This document shows, piece after piece, positions 13,001 to 25,600 of a DNA stretch of 64,000 nt; within the stretch, counting starts at the first letter, position 1; the number at the start of each line of letters is the position of its first letter. The notes beneath the pieces were generated by a model. The model did no database searches. It saw only the letters and a list, made by a program, of their open reading frames with translations, and had not been told where the DNA came from. The position numbers and the translations under genes were made by a program. Origin of the DNA: Dipteris shenzhenensis (Eukaryota). The DNA lies in the NCBI GenBank assembly GCA_047967505.1, contig CM106538.1; one strand, written 5' to 3'.

Positions 13001-15538
13001 TATACAGGTCAAAAACCAGATATTTCTCACTTGAAGGTATTTGGTTGCATAGCTTATGTTCATGTTCCTGATGAGAAGAGAACAAAGCTGGATCCAAAGG
13101 CAGAAAAATGCATCTTTATTGGATATGCTCAGCACCAGAAAGGGTATCGCTATTATAACCCTTCCACCCGCAAAATGCAAGTGAGCAGAGATGTTGTTTT
13201 TGATGAAATGAGCAGCTGGTATGCACCAACTGTTATGGTAGGAGATGCAGATGCAGGAAATGGGAATGCTGCAATAAATGCAGAGCAGCAATCTCAAGCC
13301 TTGAGTGGACCCAGAGAGTCCTCTACTAGTGGATCTAATGCATGGACAGGGAGATTGAGATCTAGTGAATCGTCACATGGCAGTCCTGATAGTGTTGTGC
13401 AGGTATCACATAAGGGAAAAGAAAAAGTGGACCATGCTCCAGTATTTGATGTGTCTGCTGGTAGCTCTCATGTTGATGGAGAGTCAAGCGGCTCTGAAAT
13501 GAGCCTTGATGAGGAACTTGGGATTCCTTCTGTTGTTACACCTGGTGCAAGGAAAAGCAGGCATGATTTAAAGACGCCTGCAACTGATCCAGTTGTACGG
13601 AGGTCCACTCGTATTAAGTATCCAGTTGACAGGCTGAGATATGATGGGTATACAGCACATCACTATGCTTATATGGTCAAGGTTCTAGAGGAGCCAGAGC
13701 CCACATGTTTTGAGGATGCAGCAGGGCATAAAAATTGGGAAGCAGCTATGGATGAAGAGATGGCTACCTTGGATGCAAACCACACTTGGGATTTGATGCC
13801 TTTGCCTCATGATAAGAAGGCTATTGGCTACAAGTGGGTTTACAAAGTAAAGCACAATGCTGATGGGTCTGTTAGCAGGTACAAGGCAAGATTGGTTGCC
13901 AAAGGTTTTGCACAGACATATGGAATTGACTATGAGGAAACTTTCAGCCCAGTTGCAAGGATGGCAACCGTGAGAGCAGTAATTGCTATGGCTGCTGCAA
14001 AGGGATGGTCTTTGCATCAGATGGATGTGAAAAATGCCTTCTTGCATGGTGACTTGCAGGAAGAGGTTTATATGATGCAGCCAGAAGGTTATGAGGATAA
14101 AGCACACCCCGATTTTGTATGCAGGTTGTGCAAAGCCTTGTATGGCTTAAAACAGGCGCCGAGGGCATGGTCAGACAAGATAGGACAATATCTTGTCACT
14201 ATTGGATTTCAGATTTCCAATTCAGATTTTTCACTTTATGTGAAAAGGACAAACAGAGGGATTGTGCTTATAGTCATCTATGTTGATGACTTGATTATTA
14301 CAGGTGATAGTGATGCAGACATTAATGAAGTGAAGCTGCTGTTGAAGCAGAAATTTGAGATGAAGGATTTGGGAGAGCTGCGTTACTTCTTGGGCATTGA
14401 GGTTATTAGATCCCCGAGTGGGATATGGCTATTGCAAAGGAAATACGGTTTGGACATGCTGTCCAAATATGGGATAACAGGCTATAAGCCTATCTCTGTT
14501 CCATTGGAGCAGAATGTGAAGCTCAATGCAGAGTCGGGTGAGCTTCTTGAAGATATTACTATGTACAGGCGCATAGTAGGTAGCTTGATTTACATGACTA
14601 TAACCCGACCAGACTTGAGCTATGCTGTGGGGCTGGTGAGTCAGTTTATGCAGGCACCGAGGAAGCCACATTTGGATGCGGCTAGGCGCATACTGCGGTA
14701 TGTGAAGTCCACATTGCATTATGGACTGTTTTATGAAGCTGGGTGTGCATTACAGGTACATGGATACACAGATGCTGACTGGGCTAGTAGTGTCTCAGAC
14801 AGGAGATCTACTAGTGGTTTTATGTTTTCCCTTGGGAGTGGTGCCATCAGTTGGAGCAGCAAGAAGCAGCCAACAGTTGCCTTGTCGAGCACAGAGGCTG
14901 AGTACAGGGGTGCAGCAATGGCTGCATGTGAGGTAGCTTGGTTACAGAAGCTACTTGCAGATATGGGACAGTCAGTTCATGCAGCAGTTGTCATTCATTG
15001 TGACAACATTAGCAACATCATGCTTGCTAATAACCCAGTTTATCATGCTAGAACGAAGCACATTGAGGTGCATTATCACTTTGTGAGAGAGAAGGTTCTA
15101 GCTGGTGAGATTGATCTTGTCTATGTCAGCACTGAGGAGCAGGTGGCTGATATTTTTACGAAGGCATTGGGTACCGAGAAGCTTCGCAGATTTAGGAGCT
15201 TGCTTGGTGTACGTGAGATGGATTTGAGCTTGAGGGGGAGTGTTGAGATATCAAGCTCTACCCCCGATATATCTCCTGGATGACTATCATTTATGTCACC
15301 GCCTATGTTAGTTGTACTCGTGGTGTAGTTAGACTACCACGTATGTTTTTGGTTTGGGTTCACATATGAACCACGTATTCTAGGTTTTGACATATAGGGT
15401 ATTTCCCTCTTCTATTGTATTGTTGTTGTGTGCAAAAGTGAAGAAAGGCTTCACCCTCCAACCTTGTGTCCTCTCTCTTTTGTGTGTTGTGAAGAAAGCT
15501 GAACTTGAGTCTCCTATCTCTCTCCCTATTTCTTTACA
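10088..15538 (+). mobile_element. Ty1/Copia LTR retrotransposon Copia-A2 (full length)
   Basis: 298-bp LTRs 10088-10385 and 15241-15538 (1 mismatch seen); TSD ATCAT (10083-10087, 15539-15543); PBS 10386-10397; PPT GAGGGGGAG immediately before 15241. Confidence 0.98.
10915..15283 (+). pseudogene. gag-pol: Copia-A2 gag-pol polyprotein (Gag-PR-IN-RT-RH) with one frameshift in gag
   Basis: A 13-bp tandem duplication at 11163-11188 shifts the frame; 1374-codon ORF 11159-15283 has DSGAS, WHKRIGH..CEAC, IHSDVW..FIDD..RSDGGGEY..QQNGVAERKNR, YVDD, DADWA, TEAEY, ADIFTK. Confidence 0.96.
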
Positions 15539-16189
15539 ATCATATCTTCTCATCCAACAATCAAATGAGAACATTCCATCAGGACCAAAACCCTGCGCAT
15601 AATTTTCCAAGACTTGTTCGAAAATGAGAAAAATATGTTTTGCCTGTCTACACATGTCGGGTTTATAGCACTCAAGACGGATGCTTTCATTGCATATGTA
15701 TGGCTCATGGGTAGTCCTCCCCTCTGGGTTATTGCAGGTTTGTTGCCATTACTACAAAGGCCATCCCTATTATTTGCAAGGCACGACATAACTGACATCC
15801 CACCCATGCAGCTGATCATCCGATCGCACCAGCAAAAAGAAGTGTTGAAAGATGACAGGGCCTACCAACTTCCCATATCTAACCACTCTTTCTGTCAACA
15901 TCATATCCTCACTTACCCTTGCTGCTACCACCCTCTTAACCTTTCCCAAGCTCCATCCTAACATCTATTCCTCCATCATCTCTTTGCTCATGCCTCTCAC
16001 CATTTTCAACTAACCCAACAGTCACAAACTTACGAGCCCCTCACACCTAGCTTCTTCCCCTCCCTTGCTAATCCTACCCTTGAGGATTACCAAGCTACTC
16101 AAACCATTTGCCCAGTTCTTCCCCCCCTCCCCTCTGCTCCCCCTTCTGTAACTAACACTCTGCCATATTTCTTCCCCATGTCCCCAAAT

Positions 16190-17300
16190 AAGCTTCTCTC
16201 ATTCTCTATTTCCACATAAGCTCATGCATAAGCATAAGCTTATGCAGAAACTTAAGCATAAGCTCATGCTCATGCATGAGCAGAAGCTCATGCTTATGCT
16301 CATGCAGAAAAAGAGAAGGAGCTTATGTGGAAATAGAGAATGAGAGAGCATAAGCATGAGCTTATTCTTCTCTCATTATCTATTTCCGCATAAGCTCATG
16401 CATAAGCATAAGCTTATGCGGAAATAGAAGCATAAGCTCATGCTCATGCATGCATGAGCATAAGCATGAGCTTATGCAGAAATAGAGAAGGGGGAATGAG
16501 AGAAGGGGGAATGAGAGAAGGGGGAAATAGAGAAGGGGGAAAGAGAGAAGGGGGAAACTTATGCATAAGCTCATGCTCATGCATGAGCATAAGCATGAGC
16601 TCATGCTTATGCTCATGCGGAAAAAGAGAAGGAGCTTATGCGGAAATAGAGAAGGGGGAATGAGAGAAGGGGGAATGAGAGAAGGGGGAAATAGAGAAGG
16701 GGGAAGAGAGAAGGGGGAAACTTATGCATAAGCTCATGCTCATGCATGAGCATAAGCATAAGCTCATGATTATGCTCATGCAGAAAAAGAGAAGGAGCTT
16801 ATGTGGAAATAGAGAATGAGATTCTGCATAAGCTTCTTTCATTCTCTATTTCCACATAAGCTCATGCATAAGCATGAGCTTATGCGAAAACTTAAGCATA
16901 AGCTCATGCTTATGCTCATGCGGAAAAAGAGAAGGAGCTTATGCAGAAATAGAGAATGAGCTTATGCTTCTCTCATTCTCTATTTCCGCATAAGCTCATG
17001 CATAAGCATGAGCTTATGTGGAAACTTAAGCAAAATCTCATGCTCATGCATGAGCATAAGCATAAGCTCATGCTTATGCTCATGCGGAAATAGAAGCATA
17101 AAGAAGGGGGAAACTTAAGCATAAGCTCATGCTCATGCATGAGCATAAGCATGAGCTTATGCTTATGCTTAAGCATTAGCATAAGCATAAGCTCATGCTT
17201 ATGCTCATGCATGAGCATGAGCTTATGCGAATGAGAGAAGGGGGAAATAGAGAAGGGGGAAAGAGAGAAGGGGGAATGAGAGAAGCATAAGCATAAGAGA
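16190..17300. repeat. Self-complementary hexamer satellite (GCATAA/TTATGC/GCATGA/TCATGC) with 15-bp GAGAAGGGGGAAATA units
   Basis: Direct reading; 29-bp perfect inverted repeat at 16195-16223 / 16319-16347, with the module recurring several times. Confidence 0.85.
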
Positions 17301-18129
17301 ATAAGAGGGAAAGGAAATAGAGAATAAGAGGGGAAGGAAAGAGAGAAGGGAAAAGAGATGAGGGGGAAAGAGAGAATAAGAGAAGAGGGAAAAAAGAGAA
17401 GGGGGAAAAAGGAGAATAAGAGAAGGGGGAAGAAGGAAAGAGTGGGAGGGGAAGAGAGGGTTCCTACGCCCATCACTGCAGCTAGCGCTTAAGGCGCTAG
17501 CTGCAGGCCAATGCAAATAACAAAAATAATAAATGGAAAAAAGAGGAAGCACTTACCTGAAATAGTATGTCCTGCTCGGTGTAGTGGACTGGCCCTACAA
17601 AAGAGAGAAAACAACCCATTTTTTCAAATAAGATGTTAGTGGAAGGAGGAGATTACAAAAGCAACTTCTTGAAGGGAGGAGATTGAGGAGACAAGGAAAG
17701 GAGGAGATTGAGGAGACAAGGAGAAAGAGAAGGAAGAGAAATACAGAAAAAAGAGGTGAGTTTTCTTTCTTTCTTGAAATCTCATTTTTTGTTTCAATCC
17801 TTTCAAAACAAGCATGAAAACTAGTTTACAGGTTTAGCAATACAAGAAGAAACACTCACAAAACTAAAGCTAACAAACAAACAACCTACATTGTTGAAAC
17901 AAACTCACCTCTTGAAGAACTTCCTTTCAAGAAACCAAAGAGGGAAAAGGATAGAGAGGGAGTACAAGAGGTAGGAGAAGGGTGAGGAGTGGAAAATAGA
18001 GTGGGAGGTTGCTTGGAATAGGTGGGAGGTCGTCAAAAATAGGTGGGAGGAGATTTTGGGTTGCTTACTTGAGAGATTAGGGAATAGTATGAAGAAAACG
18101 CCACGCGTTTAGCGTTTCGGGTTTTAACC

Positions 18130-21100
18130 CACAGCGTCGCTATATAGCGATGGAACAGAGCGTCGCTATATAGCGACGCTTACTGTCACTTTTTTGATGT
18201 GGCCTCAAGAGAAGCTCAAACATGCTATTTTATAATTGTCAATATCTCCTCTTCATGCTTATGTTGTGATTTTATAAGTGTAGATGGAAGGGACGAGTGG
18301 AAGCTCGTCCGATGATGCGCAATGCCCGAGAGCACGAAGTGGCTTACGGAGAGGTTATACTGTCATTGCACTCATTGCAAGCGAGAAGTACGACATCAAT
18401 GTCATATTATCATGCGCCACTTGTGGATGTATGGGGAGGAGCCGGAACCAGTACCCCCCATTGGTGTTACACATGTTGATGGATCATCGGTAAGTCAAAG
18501 CTATTTAAGTTCGCAATCTTATTGTATACTAGGAAATAGAAGATCTTATATTTACACGAAATCTTAAAACAAGATGAGGAGGGTGACGAGGGTACACATA
18601 TACCTTCTCACTTTCAACAAGACTATAGTCTCCCGGATGACAACGAGGGTATGGTCGACATGATGGATTCCATTTTTAGGGGCACTACATCCCATGTACA
18701 CGTGATGTTAGAGTGTGAGGTCAAAATGTGAGAGTTGCAATCAACACAATTGTACGAGGGTGCTAGGATGTCTAAACTACGTGCTTGTCTCTCAATCTTG
18801 AATCTACAAGTATAGTATGGGTGGTCGGATACAAGTGTCTCGGCCTTAATGAGGTTAGCCCTTGCATTAATTTGACTCATTATTTGGATATTGTTTGTTT
18901 TGAGAATCATCATTTGGATAGTGTCTTTGTCATAGGTTGCTCTAGAAGATGTTGCCTACACCAAATACCATGCCCGCATCAAGAGATGAAGCGAAAAAGA
19001 TGCTAACAACGGTGGGTATGGATTATGATACCATCCATGCTTGCCGTAATGATTGTATTCTTTTTCGTCGTGAGCATAGAGATTTGGCTAGTTGTCCAAA
19101 GTGTGGGGAACAACAATATAGAGATGACTTACAGGGTGAGCGGATACCAGTAAAGGTCTTAAGACACTTTCCTATCACTGCAAGAATACAACACATGTTT
19201 CGATGCGAATCCATAGCGGAGTTGATGACATGGCATGCATCTCATCGGTCCACTGATCACACATTGAGGATTCCCACAGATTGTGCAGCTTGGAAGCACA
19301 TAGATAATCAGTGGCCGGACTTTGCGAGGGAGCCACGCAACTTACATCTTGGGCTAGCCATGGACGGCATGAATCCTTTCGTATTATGCTCGACATCTTG
19401 GTCGACATGGCCCATAGTCGTGGTGAATTACAATATCCCACCATGGCTTACAATAAAAAAGGGACACCTCATGCTTGCACTACTTGTGCCAGGAAAGTAC
19501 AAGGCAAAAAACATGGACGTGTACATGGCACCTTTGATAGAGGAGTTACAGATATTATGGAGAGGAGTGCAGGTCTTTGATTTTTCTAGAGCTCCTAGAC
19601 ATACTTATGATATTTTGGTCAGGGTTATCTTGATGTGGACCATGCATGACTACCCAGGATATGGAGAGTGCGCAAGTACGTGGTTTTGTCTTTACATGTA
19701 CAATGAGGGATTATGCTTTTTTTACTCTCTTTTGCATGCATGTCTTGTACTAACATATTCATGCACGCGTGCAGGACTTGTTACAAGTGGGTACCATGCT
19801 TGTCATGTTTGTGGACTGGCTCTAAAATCGCTTGCACGCTACTCCAAACATATGAGGAAAAATGTTTATGAAGGTCATGCTCGATACCTTCCGCTCGACC
19901 ATCTCGCACGTGGAGGTCAGCTTGATCCACCACCATCATATTTGAAGGCAAGTGATTGGATTCAAGCTTGGAGGGCGAATGGAGAGGAACCTCCTCCTGG
20001 TATGAAGAGGCTATCGATCTTTCACGAGCTTCCTTATTGGGGTCAGTTACAAATCAATCATCTCTTGGATCCCATGCATATCTTCAAGAATGTGGGGGCT
20101 ACTATTTGGGCACACTTGGTTGGTTCCAAGGACTCGAGAGGAGTGCGAGAAGACTTGCGTGCTATGAATAGGATGTCTCGTTTGTGGCCCCAAGTGCATG
20201 CTTCGGGAAAAGTTGTCCTCCCGAAAGCAACGTGGATCCTCTCTATGAGGGAGGAGGCAGTGGTCAAGGCAAACATTGCCTCTTTTCAAACACCGACAGG
20301 GTACATGCGTTGCTTGAAAGGAGCATTTTCAAAGGACAATAAGCTTAGTGGCCTCAAGTCCCATGATTGGCACAAGGTCTTACAGGTATTCTAAGTAGAA
20401 TTAGTGTACCGATAATAGTGATGCGTTAGCATAATTATTATTATGTTATATTGTTGACATGACTTCATTGTTGCTTTGATAGTTCATCCTCCCAATTACA
20501 ATAAAAGGGTGCTTACAAGAAGATGTTAGAAATGCTATATTCAAGATCTGTGGTATTGTGAGGTATGCTTACTATCAAATCGCATTATGTATTTTCTTAA
20601 TGGACATGTGAAATAGGTGGATATCTCAAATATCTTACATATGCATGGACATGTGAAATACGTGGATATCTCAAAAAGAGATCTCTATATCGAGCATCGA
20701 GAAGGCTAGGATGGAATCCATTGAAGCCGTATGCTTGCTTGAGAAGCACTTTCCCTCAAGCATTATGACAACTCAAGTCCACTTGCTTGTGCACATAGTT
20801 GATGAGGTGGCTATAGCAGGTACCGTTCATAATCGATGGATGTTTTTTCTCGAGCAGTTTATGAAAACTTTAAAGGGGTTTGTAAGACAAAGAGCGAGAC
20901 CGGAAGCAAGCATGGCAGAGGGATGGCTTGTGCAAGAGTCATTAGTATATATCACAGAGTTTCTTGCATCCATGGATCCTGATATGCCGCAAGCTTGGCA
21001 CAACAAGGATGATGATCGCATCATTGGCGAGGTTCCCCAAGGAAAAGGGATTGAAAGAAAGATGAGCGAAGAGAAAATGGAGAAATTCAATAAGTTTTGT

Positions 21101-22693
21101 ATCCTCAATAGCCCTGAGATGCAGAAGTGGACTGAGAGATATGAAGTGGCCAAAGCAGAAAGAATAAATGCAAGGACGAGATTTAGAGTAATGTACAGGC
21201 GATCACAACCATATCCACGAGATTTGGCTCTTCTCCCTACTCACATGTCACTTGATTGGCTACAACTGGCTCTACGTAAAGCCGAACGTGATGGAGAGAC
21301 AATAAACGAGCGCGAGTGAGAGTTATCATCTGGATGTATGGTGCATGTAAGTTTCTTATCTCTTGATGTAATTAAGTAATTATTTGTGGCAATATATGCT
21401 ATAAAATAGGTGCATCTTCATTGTTTTAATGATGCTCTTTTACAGTACAAAAAGTACAGTGCATTATGGTCATATGGATGACATTTTTGCGTGGAACGCA
21501 TCGATTCAAAGAGTCACGTATGATTGTGGAGTCATGGCTAACTTCACACAAGATAGCCGAGCAAGTGCTTCGGATACCAATCTTCTCTCCTCACAGTTGG
21601 ATTATTGTGGAACCATACACGACATCTATGAAATTGATTTCAGACGATTTACTATTTTCATTCTTGATGTAAAATGGTTTAGAACTACTTACAACGGTCC
21701 CCATGCGATAGTGAGAAAAGATAGTGGCGGTCTCTTTGCAATAGACTCCACCAAACATTGGACCGATGAAAGTGATACTTTTGTTCTTCCCGAGCACTGT
21801 GAGCAGGTGCATACTAATGATTTAATTAGTCGAAGCTTTCGTTTTTAAAGTCCATTGATATATATATAATTGACGACATTTGGCACCCATCTTCAATATA
21901 GGTGGTTTTTCATCCGGATTGTTCTGATCCAAGATGGTGGTACGTGATCCAAGTTGCACCATGAAGTAAGCAAATTTTTGAAGATCGAGATGTGGATATG
22001 GAGATGCCACTACCAATGCCGGATCCAATTGATGAATCTAGCGAAGAAGATGTAGATCACCATATGAGCCAAGAGGAAGATGCGCATAATGACATCGCAC
22101 GGGAGGAGGATGGAGACACGATATTGATGAAGAAGACAACAATCATCAAGATCAATCACCACACTTAAGCTTTATTGAAGAAGATGATCAAATACTTTTA
22201 GGTGAACTTACGATGCTAGAGTACGATGATGATATAGGAGATCAACTCGGTATAGAGTTAGAGATAGACTTGCTTGGCGCCTTAGACTTGGCTCAAGATG
22301 AAACAGTTGATGTAAATGCTCTTATTTGATTTTTCTCATCTCAAACTTGGACATGAATATATGAGCTTCAAAGGCTTGATGTACATGCTCTCATTTTTTT
22401 ATTCTCTATGAGCTCAAACATGTATGAAAATTTAAAAAAATTTGTCATTGGAAAAAACTAACTTTTAAGGCCTATAAAAAAAAACAAAACCTCTCTGTAA
22501 AAATGTCGCTATAATATTTTGTATCAGTGTCGCTATATAGCGACTTTTGCAAAAGCCTCTATATAGCGACCTTTAGCAACAGTCACTATATAGCGACGAT
22601 TTACGAAACCGGCTTTTCATACCAACGATTAACACTAAGCGGGCGCTAAACGTCGGTACGTAAACATCACAATACGATCCGTGTATAGTAGTG
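18130..22693 (+). mobile_element. CACTA (En/Spm) DNA transposon; right end intact, left TIR not found (element may extend left to ~16190)
   Basis: Right terminus GTGTATAGTAGTG 22681-22693 (reverse complement CACTACTATACAC); subterminal GTCGCTATATAGCGAC-type palindromes 22529-22597; TnpD-like transposase inside. Confidence 0.88.
18284..22330 (+). pseudogene. Multi-exon CACTA transposase (Transposase-associated, Transposase_21/TNP2, DUF4218-like, DUF4216-like)
   Basis: CHCTHCK..RHLWMYG; IHACRNDCILF..CPKCGE..KVLRHFP..AWKHID..EPRNL.LGLAMDG..STWP; LDPMHIFKNV; GLKSHDWH; QVHLLVHIV..RWMF..RARPEASMAEG; DYCGTIHDI..KWF; GT-AG introns at ~19675-19774 and ~20387-20482; stops present. Confidence 0.92.
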
Positions 22694-25600
22694 ACCCACC
22701 AAAACTTGTGGCTCTCTCTCTCTCTCCTTCTTCTGTTCTTGCTTCCGTTGAGAGCACTCTCAACTGGTATCAGAGCCCGAGTGATCTAGCTGAGCGTGCG
22801 TGAATGCTTGAAGCTCAGCAGCTCTGTGGGAGGAAGGAGAAGCTCTGTGGGAAGCTTTGTAGGTGACTTTACTTGCATCTGAGTGTGTAGAGACCTTGGA
22901 GGAACCTTTGGAAAAGTCACTTTGGTTTTGCGAAGTGGTTTTGAGAGCCTCTTAAGTGTTTTCAAAGAAAAAGTCGTTTTTTGAGCTTTTCCCTGTTCCG
23001 TTCGATGACAGAGACTCCGTATTGACTTGTAGAGGCAACTATTGCTTGCTTTTGGTGTCCACTTCACTTCAGGAGCTTGGAAACACCTTCATTCTTGAAT
23101 TTGGGATCATTTCATTGGATTTCTGACTCACTATGTCAGTTTCTGCGTTTTTTGCCCGGGTGTTGGAACTCAAGTTTGGAGCAACCATTTGTAGATCTGT
23201 CAGTTCCGGTGGACTCAGGAGGTCCTAAAACTTCTATGTTGCTCATCATTCGCACTCCGGTGGAGTTTACAAACAGCTCTGTTTCCAAAAACGTTTTTCA
23301 GTCCGTGTGTTGGACCCAGTGATTGAGACCACGGTTTCCAAAACCGTCTATCCCATTGCATTCCGGACGCCCAAAAACCCCTACCTGTCAGTTCTTACAC
23401 AATTCGATGGAGGATTTTCAGAGTTATAGATCTCTGTGTATTCGATTTCGTCTCTCTGTTATGCATTTTTCATTCTAAGGTTTTGAAACCTTAGATTTAT
23501 GCCACATGGCAGTGGATAAGTGTTGACTCCCATTTCTCACTCATCGGTTGGGATTTTGGAGTTCTGGCAGAAGAGAGATATTTGCAGATTTTCTTGCTGA
23601 TTTCGATTATGCAATGGCGCCCATGTTTTGAGGCATCTCAGGTTCTATTTTCAGTAGCGGTCATTACTATGGGACTATGATTTCTTGAGCATACCTTATG
23701 CAGATCACTCTCGTTGCAGTGTGCGCTCATTTGTGTATGCATTGGGTTGCAATGGATGATTTATAGGCCATTTGGATGCATTGCGGTCCTTATTGGATGC
23801 GCTGATAGGCCCAAATTGCCTTGTGGGATGCTATTTTTATGGACGCTTTGCACATGGATGCTATTTTATGTTGAGGGACAGCTTTGACACATTGCAGGTG
23901 ATGCACTGATAGTGCTATGCTCTCTTGGATGAGATACTATTGATGCATATGCTAGTGGACGGTCTTTATGCTTGAGTCATTTGGCACTTATTGGCATTTT
24001 CTTTTGGCCAGATTTGCTCATATGGATGCATGGTATATGCACATGAGTCAGATGCATCTTTTGATGCTTTGAGCTTTGAGTTTTGGTGATATTTCACTCT
24101 ATTGTGGCATACACATTTGGGTGCACCTGGTATTTGGTATGATTCTCTCTTGCAGGCACTAGCATTTGGGATTTTGTTTCATTTGCATCATGGCATCCTC
24201 TTCCATGTCTGAAAAGGAGTTTTTCAGCATTAAAAAGTTTGATGGGACAAACTTTTCTCTATGGAAAGAACAAATAAGGGATGTGCTTATTCAAAAGAAG
24301 TAGATTAAACCCTTGGCAGGGATTGAAGCTAAGCCTGCAAATATGTCTGAGGATGATTGGAATGAGTTGGATGCATTAGCAAAGTCTACTATTAGATTTC
24401 ATCTTGCAGAGTTACTTTATTTCATAGGAGTAAATGAGTAGACTACGGAAGATTTGTGGAAGAAACTATGTGCCACTTATGAGAAGGAAACTGCCTCTAA
24501 TAAAGTTTACCTCATGAAGAGGTTGTTTGAGCTGCAGATGAACGAAGGGGTCTCCATTGCTTCTCACTTGAATGAATTCAATATTATTTTCAGCCAGCTT
24601 CAGGCTCAGAAGATGAATTTTGATGTGGAGACTAAGGCAATATTTCTCTTATGTTCATTGCCATCCTCATGGGATACCTTCCGTATAGTTGTCAGTAACT
24701 CTGCACCTAGTGGAGTACTGAAATTTGATGATGTTGTGGGTAGCTTGTTGGCCGAGGAGATTAGATGGAAGTCTATGGATGGCAACAAGCAGGATGCACC
24801 CTTAAATGTGCAAAGGGGCAGATCACAGTTTAGGGGGAAGTCCCAAGAAAGAGGGAAGTCATGTAGCAAATCCAGGGCATGGAACATTGAGTGTTACCAC
24901 TGTGGCAAGAAGGGCCATATGAAAAAGGATTGCTACAAGCTAAAAAGAGAGCAAAAGGATAAGAAAAAGAATGCAAATTGGGGTGCAAATCAAAAGGAAG
25001 AGAGTCCAAGGGAGGACAAAGGAAAAGTGAAGATCAAGGAGATCAATGCAGTCACACATGATAGTGACAATGACATTCTCTTCATGTCTAGTTTATCTGT
25101 AGAGTTGCTTACCACTTCAGATGATGCATATCCCCAGGATGGATTTTGGATTCTGGTGCTTCATTCCATGTTACTCCCCATAGGGAATGGTTCTCCACTT
25201 ATGACAGTGGAAAGACAGGTTGTGTGCATCTTGGAAATGACTATGCATGTGACATAGTGGGAGCAGGTGACATAAAGTTTTCTTTGGCAAATGGGTCTGC
25301 ATTTGTTTTAAAACATGTGAGATATGTGCCTAAGCTGATTAAGAGTCTTATTTCAGTGGGTCAGCTAGATGATGCTGGTTTTCACACCACTTTTGGCTTT
25401 CAGAGTTGGAAAATTCAGAAGGGCTCTATGCTTTTGGCCAGGTGTGCCAAGTGTGGGACTTTGTATCCCTTACATGTATCAGGGGTATTTGATCATGTTG
25501 TTGCAATAATTGAGCAGCCAAGCACTTCTTTGTGGCATTGCAAGTTGGGGCACATGAGCCACAATGGAATGAAACTCTTATGCCATTTGGGTTATGTACC

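Larger units (their letters stand above)
8629..16186. repeat. Inverted duplication: left arm ~8629-9434, right arm ~9913-10087 plus 15544-16186 (split by Copia-A2)
   Basis: The reverse complement of 9241-9434 aligns with 9913-10087 and continues past the TSD at 15544; matching peptides FEDEKNIFYISTHAGF / FENEKNMFCLSTHVGF. Confidence 0.9.

Noticed and set aside
16380-17552. Repetitive ORFs (MSISMS.., REGG..) and a possible CRISPR-like array
   Set aside because: Hexamer/15-mer satellite; no constant repeat with unique spacers, no cas genes, eukaryotic context
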